Below are positions 59,326 to 64,000 of a DNA stretch of 64,000 nt, one piece after another. Both the position numbers and the translations under genes were made by a program. The first letter of the stretch is position 1, and every line of letters starts with the position of its first letter. The DNA is taken from positions 16,181 to 80,180 of IMG/VR virus record IMGVR_UViG_3300028844_005393. One strand, 5' to 3'. The notes beneath the pieces are model-generated. The model saw only the letters and a program-made list of their open reading frames with translations. It did no database searches and was not told where the DNA came from. This DNA comes from a virus.

Positions 59326-60218
59326 TGAATATCAACTTTGATGATCTTGATGACACGGGTGAAACAAAAGACCCAACTTTAGATGAGTTCAAACTTGCAA
59401 TAAAAAAATTAGCAGTAGCAACAAAGAACCTATCCAAGTCATCCGAAGGTAAAAAACTTCCATCTGATTATTGGGTTAGTATAGTTGATCTTATTAAGAA
59501 GTCTAAGGTAGGTGTATCCATGATTGAGTTGGGGATTGATGATCTTGAAAGTTTCAAGAATACACAAGAACCTGATGATTTAGAATTAAAGAAAACAGGT
59601 CCTATTACAAAATCCGATGATGCAGAACCTACAACTTCTGATGATTCAACTACTGCACAGGATAGTAAACCACAGAAACCTGTATCAAAACCAGTACCAC
59701 AAGAAGAACCAGAATCCGATGACGAGGATGAAGAAGACGAAGAAGTAAATGAAGAAGCAAAATCTAAATCACAACAAAGATTATTTGGACTGGTACACGC
59801 ATATAATAAAGGTGAGTTAAATAAAAGTGATATTGATCCTGATTTATATAGTAAGGTTAAGAAAATAGCAGGTGGTATGACTGACAAAGATGCAAAGAAA
59901 ATTGCCAAAACAAATCATGATGACTTACCTGAAAAAGTACCAACTGATGAATACTATGATACCTTAAATCATTTAGGCATATTACTTTCCGGTGAAATGT
60001 TTGATAAAGTAGAAGGAACTGGTACGGGATTTATAGTAGAAAAGGATGAACGTAAATTTACAATTGAGTTTGATCAAAGCTTTTATATGAAGTCAGATAA
60101 CTATAATTTTGATTTAGGTGATGACTACGATTTGACAGAAGTCGTTGATACATTTAAACGTTTATCAAAACATTCTGATAGAATTTTAAAAAAAGAATAC
60201 GAAACTCTGATAAAATAA
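59325..60218 (+). CDS. Hypothetical modular head protein
   Basis: Acidic linker then E|AKSKSQQRLFGLVHA..A.T.HDDLPEKV module. Confidence 0.7.
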   Translation: MNINFDDLDDTGETKDPTLDEFKLAIKKLAVATKNLSKSSEGKKLPSDYWVSIVDLIKKSKVGVSMIELGIDDLESFKNTQEPDDLELKKTGPITKSDDAEPTTSDDSTTAQDSKPQKPVSKPVPQEEPESDDEDEEDEEVNEEAKSKSQQRLFGLVHAYNKGELNKSDIDPDLYSKVKKIAGGMTDKDAKKIAKTNHDDLPEKVPTDEYYDTLNHLGILLSGEMFDKVEGTGTGFIVEKDERKFTIEFDQSFYMKSDNYNFDLGDDYDLTEVVDTFKRLSKHSDRILKKEYETLIK

Positions 60219-60271
60219 TTCATTAGAAAAACTCTAATAAATAAAAAATATGTATATACTTATTTAATAAC

Positions 60272-60904
60272 ATGGGAAAGAATTTAATAGTATCCACACT
60301 GCCATTTGAGTTTACTCGTCAACAGATAAGTGAAAGTATTGAACAAAACTCTGGAAGATTAGTTGTAAAGGGCATTTTGCAAAAAGCATCTGAGCAAAAT
60401 CAAAATGGCAGAGTTTATTCTCGTAATTTATTAGAACGAGAAGCAACTAAATATAATGAACTTATAGACGATAGACGTGCACTCGGAGAACTTGATCATC
60501 CTGAAAGCAGTGTAGTCAATTTACAAAATGTAAGTCACAATGTTACTAAGATGTGGTGGGAAGATAATAATTTGGTGGGTGAAGTGGAAGTATTAAGTAC
60601 ACCATCCGGTAATATTTTAAAAGAACTTTTTAAAAGTGGAATCACACTTGGAATTAGTTCTCGTGGAATGGGAACAACACGTGAACATGAAGGAAAGACC
60701 CTAGTAAATGATGATTTTGAATTGGTTGCATTTGATTTTGTAAGCAATCCATCTACACGGGGTGCATTTCTCGAACCTGTGAATTTAAATGAATCAGTTT
60801 TATCTGACAAGAAAGTAATTACAAATGGTCGTGTATGCACAAAGTATTGCAAGGTTGAGGGAATTATTCACGAAATATTAGGAGAAATAGGAGACTCAAA
60901 ATGA
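60272..60904 (+). CDS. Prohead maturation protease (T4 gp21-like)
   Basis: N.NGRVY, ALGELDHP, VSH, GISSRGMG, DFVSNPS. Confidence 0.95.
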   Translation: MGKNLIVSTLPFEFTRQQISESIEQNSGRLVVKGILQKASEQNQNGRVYSRNLLEREATKYNELIDDRRALGELDHPESSVVNLQNVSHNVTKMWWEDNNLVGEVEVLSTPSGNILKELFKSGITLGISSRGMGTTREHEGKTLVNDDFELVAFDFVSNPSTRGAFLEPVNLNESVLSDKKVITNGRVCTKYCKVEGIIHEILGEIGDSK

Positions 60905-61365
60905 GCAAAAATTCTAGTATAAAAAGAGTTTTAAAAGAAGCAATCCTTGAAGTTCTTAACGAAGAAAAAGAATTGCTAAAAGAGTATGATCCACAAACTG
61001 ATAGATTTTCAGATGAGGGATTATCAACCGAGCAAAAAAAACTTGCTTCCGAAAAAATATCTAAATTTGGAAAGTATCAAAGATTTATTGCATTAGAAGC
61101 AAAAGACATGGATGTTGCTGAAGATATTTGTAATATCATTGAGAATGCTTCTCAGTGTATTTTAAATGAAACGGATGATTGGTTTGATGGAATTAGTGTT
61201 AAACGAAACTTAAAAGAAGTTAAAACACTTGCGAAAGATTTTTACAAAACTGCAAAAGAACGACAAGTTTATACACAACGAATGCAAAGTCTTTACGAAG
61301 ACATGGGTAACATTCTAAACAGATACTTTGAAATTTCAGGAGATACCGAACATGAACAAAAATGA
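60901..61365 (+). CDS. Hypothetical head-module protein
   Basis: GGAG RBS, ATGA overlap; LKEAILEVLNE N-terminus, YEDMG..LNRYFEI C-terminus. Confidence 0.7.
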   Translation: MSKNSSIKRVLKEAILEVLNEEKELLKEYDPQTDRFSDEGLSTEQKKLASEKISKFGKYQRFIALEAKDMDVAEDICNIIENASQCILNETDDWFDGISVKRNLKEVKTLAKDFYKTAKERQVYTQRMQSLYEDMGNILNRYFEISGDTEHEQK

Positions 61366-62083
61366 TTTAAAAACATTCGTTAGAAAAGTTTTGTTGGAAA
61401 AACTTAACCAACAACCAAGGGTACACGGAAAACTTTTAAAAAAGACTATTAGTTTTAGTGGAATTCAACGAGAGTGTGTATGTGAAGGAACAGTTGAAGA
61501 TGTTAATGAATTTGCTTCGTCTAATAATTTAAAGTTTACATTGTCTGAAGATTCTTACTTCGGTGGCCATTATTTAGACGAAATGACTTCGTATGAATTT
61601 CAACCAAATCCTGAATTTTATGGTGAACTAATGGAAACTTCTATGTCTGCACGTGAGCAGTTGTCAAGAATTTGCGGAACAAACGACCAAGTATTAACCG
61701 AAGTAGATGCCAACTCAGTTGAAACCTTAGTTGACTATATATGTGAAGATACTGATTTTACCGACAATTACACATTTGTTGTATTTGAGCATATACAAGA
61801 AATGGTATCTGAAAAATTATACGATAAAACTCAATTTAAAAAACTATTTGAGTATTTAATTAATCGCTCATGTGCAACATATACTGATGCTGAACTGAGT
61901 TTATCGGAATCAGAACTTGAATATGCTACACAATTAGTATCAAGTAAATTTTTCGCAAATAGATTGCACGACACACAACCAACACATGAAACAAAAACAC
62001 AATGTGGAAAGAAATCTTTTACAACAGGTACTGCATTTGAAAATATGCAAAGAATAGTATCTGGACATAATATGTTTTTATAA
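61352..62083 (+). CDS. Hypothetical protein
   Basis: AGGAG RBS, ATG at 61352; MNKNDLKTFVRKVLLE N-terminus. Confidence 0.7.
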   Translation: MNKNDLKTFVRKVLLEKLNQQPRVHGKLLKKTISFSGIQRECVCEGTVEDVNEFASSNNLKFTLSEDSYFGGHYLDEMTSYEFQPNPEFYGELMETSMSAREQLSRICGTNDQVLTEVDANSVETLVDYICEDTDFTDNYTFVVFEHIQEMVSEKLYDKTQFKKLFEYLINRSCATYTDAELSLSESELEYATQLVSSKFFANRLHDTQPTHETKTQCGKKSFTTGTAFENMQRIVSGHNMFL

Positions 62084-62092
62084 GGAACTAAC

Positions 62093-62869
62093 ATGAAAAT
62101 CACAAAACAAGAACTTAGAGATATTATCAAAGAAGTCGCAGATGAAATGGGACTTTTTGAAGGACTTACTAAAGCACAAGAAAAACTTCCTGAACCACTC
62201 AAGAAGGCAATTCTTAAAAAACAAGGAAATTCTGATGATTCCGATGAAACGGAAGATGTGGAAGAAGGTCTTACCAAAGCACAAGAAAAACTTCCTGAAC
62301 CATTAAAGAAAGCAATTTTAAAGAAGCAAGGAAATTCTGATGATTCGTCCGAAGACGAAAAGGAGGATGTAGAAGAGGGTCTTACTAAAGCACAAGAAAA
62401 ACTTCCAGAACCATTAAAGAAAGCAATTTTGAAGAAGCAAGGCAACTCTGATGATTCATCTGAAGATGAAGATGAAAAAGAAGAAATTGATGAAGGTAAT
62501 GCTTTTGGTGCGGCTGTAAAGGCTGCACGTGAAAATGGGGAATCCGAGTTTCAAGTTGGTGGAAAAACTTATCAATTGCGAGAAAAGGTAACTGAAGAAG
62601 TTGAAGACACAGAAGAATTTACCGGAGAAGTAGAAGAAGAATGTGAAGAGTGCAATCAAGAACTTGCCGAATCATCATGTACATCCGAAGATGATGAGGA
62701 TGATGTAGAAGAAGGTAATGCGTTTGGTGCAGCTGTTAAGAAAGCAAAAGAAGACGGAGAAATTGAATTTGAAGTAGGTGGTAAAACCTATAAAGTCAGT
62801 GAAAACTGGAAAAAAATTACTTTAGCAGAAAAATTAAACAGAATTTTAGGAAATCGTAAAGTTTTGTAA
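62093..62869 (+). CDS. Repeat-containing acidic protein, putative internal-peptide precursor
   Basis: MKITKQELRDIIKE; three GLTKAQEKLPEPLKKAILKKQG units and two GNAFGAAV..VGGKTY units, each preceded by xxE. Confidence 0.75.
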   Translation: MKITKQELRDIIKEVADEMGLFEGLTKAQEKLPEPLKKAILKKQGNSDDSDETEDVEEGLTKAQEKLPEPLKKAILKKQGNSDDSSEDEKEDVEEGLTKAQEKLPEPLKKAILKKQGNSDDSSEDEDEKEEIDEGNAFGAAVKAARENGESEFQVGGKTYQLREKVTEEVEDTEEFTGEVEEECEECNQELAESSCTSEDDEDDVEEGNAFGAAVKKAKEDGEIEFEVGGKTYKVSENWKKITLAEKLNRILGNRKVL

Positions 62870-62895
62870 AATTTAATAAAAGTTTCTTAAAAATG

Positions 62896-62925
62896 AAAAA
62901 AAGAGTGGTTTTCCACTCTTTTTTT
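62896..62925. terminator. Rho-independent (bidirectional-type) terminator
   Basis: AAAAAAAGAGTGG-TTTT-CCACTCTTTTTTT. Confidence 0.85.
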
Positions 62926-62968
62926 ATAATAATTTCTTTTTTTTTTTAATATTTTTGTATTTAAGTAT

Positions 62969-63049
62969 ATATTTATCTATCAAAATGCTTCCACAATTAT
63001 TGGAAACAACAAAGGTTTCAAGATTACATTAAAGTCCACAATGACTTTA
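62969..63049 (+). promoter_or_regulatory. ATATTTAT motif plus two CCACAAT-containing hairpins in the scaffold leader
   Basis: ATATTTAT at 62969-62976; TTCCA-CAATTAT-TGGAA (62989-63005); TAAAGTC-CACAAT-GACTTTA (63030-63049). Confidence 0.5.
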
Positions 63050-63070
63050 GAAAACAGGAAAACAAAACAC

Positions 63071-64000
63071 ATGAGTAAATTATTAAAAGAAGCTATTGCT
63101 GATGCGAAAGCAGTTCGTGAAACTGCACTTGCTAACGCACGTCTCGCTCTTGAAGAAGCATTTGCACCTAGACTGCAAAGTATGCTTACCAAGAAACTCC
63201 GTGAGGAAGAGGCAGAGTTAGATGGTGTAGAGGATGAAGAATCAATTGAAGACGAAGTCGAAATTGAAGAACCATCTGATGAAGTTGAGGAAGTATCATA
63301 CTCCGAAGACGATGAATCAGAAGACGAAGTTGCTGACGTAGATGCTGAAGAAGAAGCACCTGCTGAAGATTCAGTTGAAGACGAAGTTGAAGTTGACGAT
63401 GAAATTGAAGACGAAGAAGAAATTGAAGAAGATTCTTTTGACTTGGATTCTATCATTGCTGAACTTGAAAGTGAGTTGACAACTGAGGAAGAAGAAGGTG
63501 AGTCTGAAGAATCCGAAGAGGAAGAATCAGTTGAAGAACAATCTTGTTCATCAGAATTAGGTATTAAAGGTGAAGAACACGTAAACATTGCTGATAGTGA
63601 TGATGAGGAACTTCCAGATGATACTAAAGTTCAAAGTTCAGATGTTGGAAACGAAGATGACGAAATGCCAAAGGTTGCAGAAATTGACGAAGAAATTGAT
63701 ATTGAAATCGTTGACGAAGAAGCAAAGGCAGGAGAAGAGTCTGACGAACCAACTGCAACAGAGTCTGATGAAGAACTTGCTTTTCCAACAAACGAGTCCG
63801 AAGAAGCATCTGATAGTGAAGACGATTCATCTGAAGAAGATGAAGAAGTTAATCTTGAAGAAATTCTTAAAGAACTCGAAGATGAATCATCTTTGGAAGA
63901 CGAAGAAGCAGACTCGGAACTTGAGGAAATAAAGGCAACAAACAATAAGCTTCAAAAAGAAAACGAAGAATACCGCAAGGTCTACAAATATTTGCGTGGT
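63071..64000 (+). CDS. Prohead core/scaffold protein, 3'-truncated (absent from the ORF track)
   Basis: MSKLLKEAIADAKAVRETALANARLALEEAFAPRLQSML followed by a very acidic region; open to the window end; downstream of the protease. Confidence 0.8.
   Translation, partial: MSKLLKEAIADAKAVRETALANARLALEEAFAPRLQSMLTKKLREEEAELDGVEDEESIEDEVEIEEPSDEVEEVSYSEDDESEDEVADVDAEEEAPAEDSVEDEVEVDDEIEDEEEIEEDSFDLDSIIAELESELTTEEEEGESEESEEEESVEEQSCSSELGIKGEEHVNIADSDDEELPDDTKVQSSDVGNEDDEMPKVAEIDEEIDIEIVDEEAKAGEESDEPTATESDEELAFPTNESEEASDSEDDSSEEDEEVNLEEILKELEDESSLEDEEADSELEEIKATNNKLQKENEEYRKVYKYLRG

Noticed and set aside
62980-63945. Ser-rich minus-strand ORFs and the 63588..63932 plus-strand ORF
   Set aside because: Shadow or alternative frames of the acidic scaffold gene starting at 63071.
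1-64000. Stop-codon reassignment as the cause of broken genes
   Set aside because: ORFs up to 3785 aa are intact in the standard code, and the breaks at 6624 and 57258 need a frame change, not readthrough.
1-64000. tRNA/rRNA genes, integrase or transposase
   Set aside because: Intergenic gaps are short and AT-rich; no cloverleaf or recombinase motifs seen by eye.

Overview
AT-rich, very densely coded segment of a large tailed dsDNA phage (T4-like/jumbo myovirus architecture). All credible genes lie on the + strand and use the standard code. In order: putative head-decoration/fibre and accessory genes (glycosyltransferase, HD hydrolase, Hsp20, membrane protein), a gp55-like late sigma factor, a baseplate/tail module (split gp5-like spike, gp25, gp6, two giant 3785 and 3147 aa virion proteins), a RuvC-primase-Mre11/Rad50 block, a kinase plus HIGH-nucleotidyltransferase/ligase block, then terminase, portal, prohead protease and the start of the scaffold gene. 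Most notable: (1) a shared amphipathic targeting helix and (L/I/V)xE cleavage-like junctions across many late genes, suggesting a protease-matured, capsid-packaged payload that includes a kinase and an RNA-ligase-like enzyme; (2) an Mre11 nuclease domain split in two by an inserted GT9 glycosyltransferase gene; (3) an unrecognised ~152-aa domain present 10 times in three separate virion genes; (4) an A10 slippery site that adds a long Pro/Thr tail to a membrane protein; (5) twin structured hairpins in the leaders of hsp20 and the scaffold gene; (6) a frameshifting deletion in the portal gene. All product calls come from motif recognition by eye; no database search was run.
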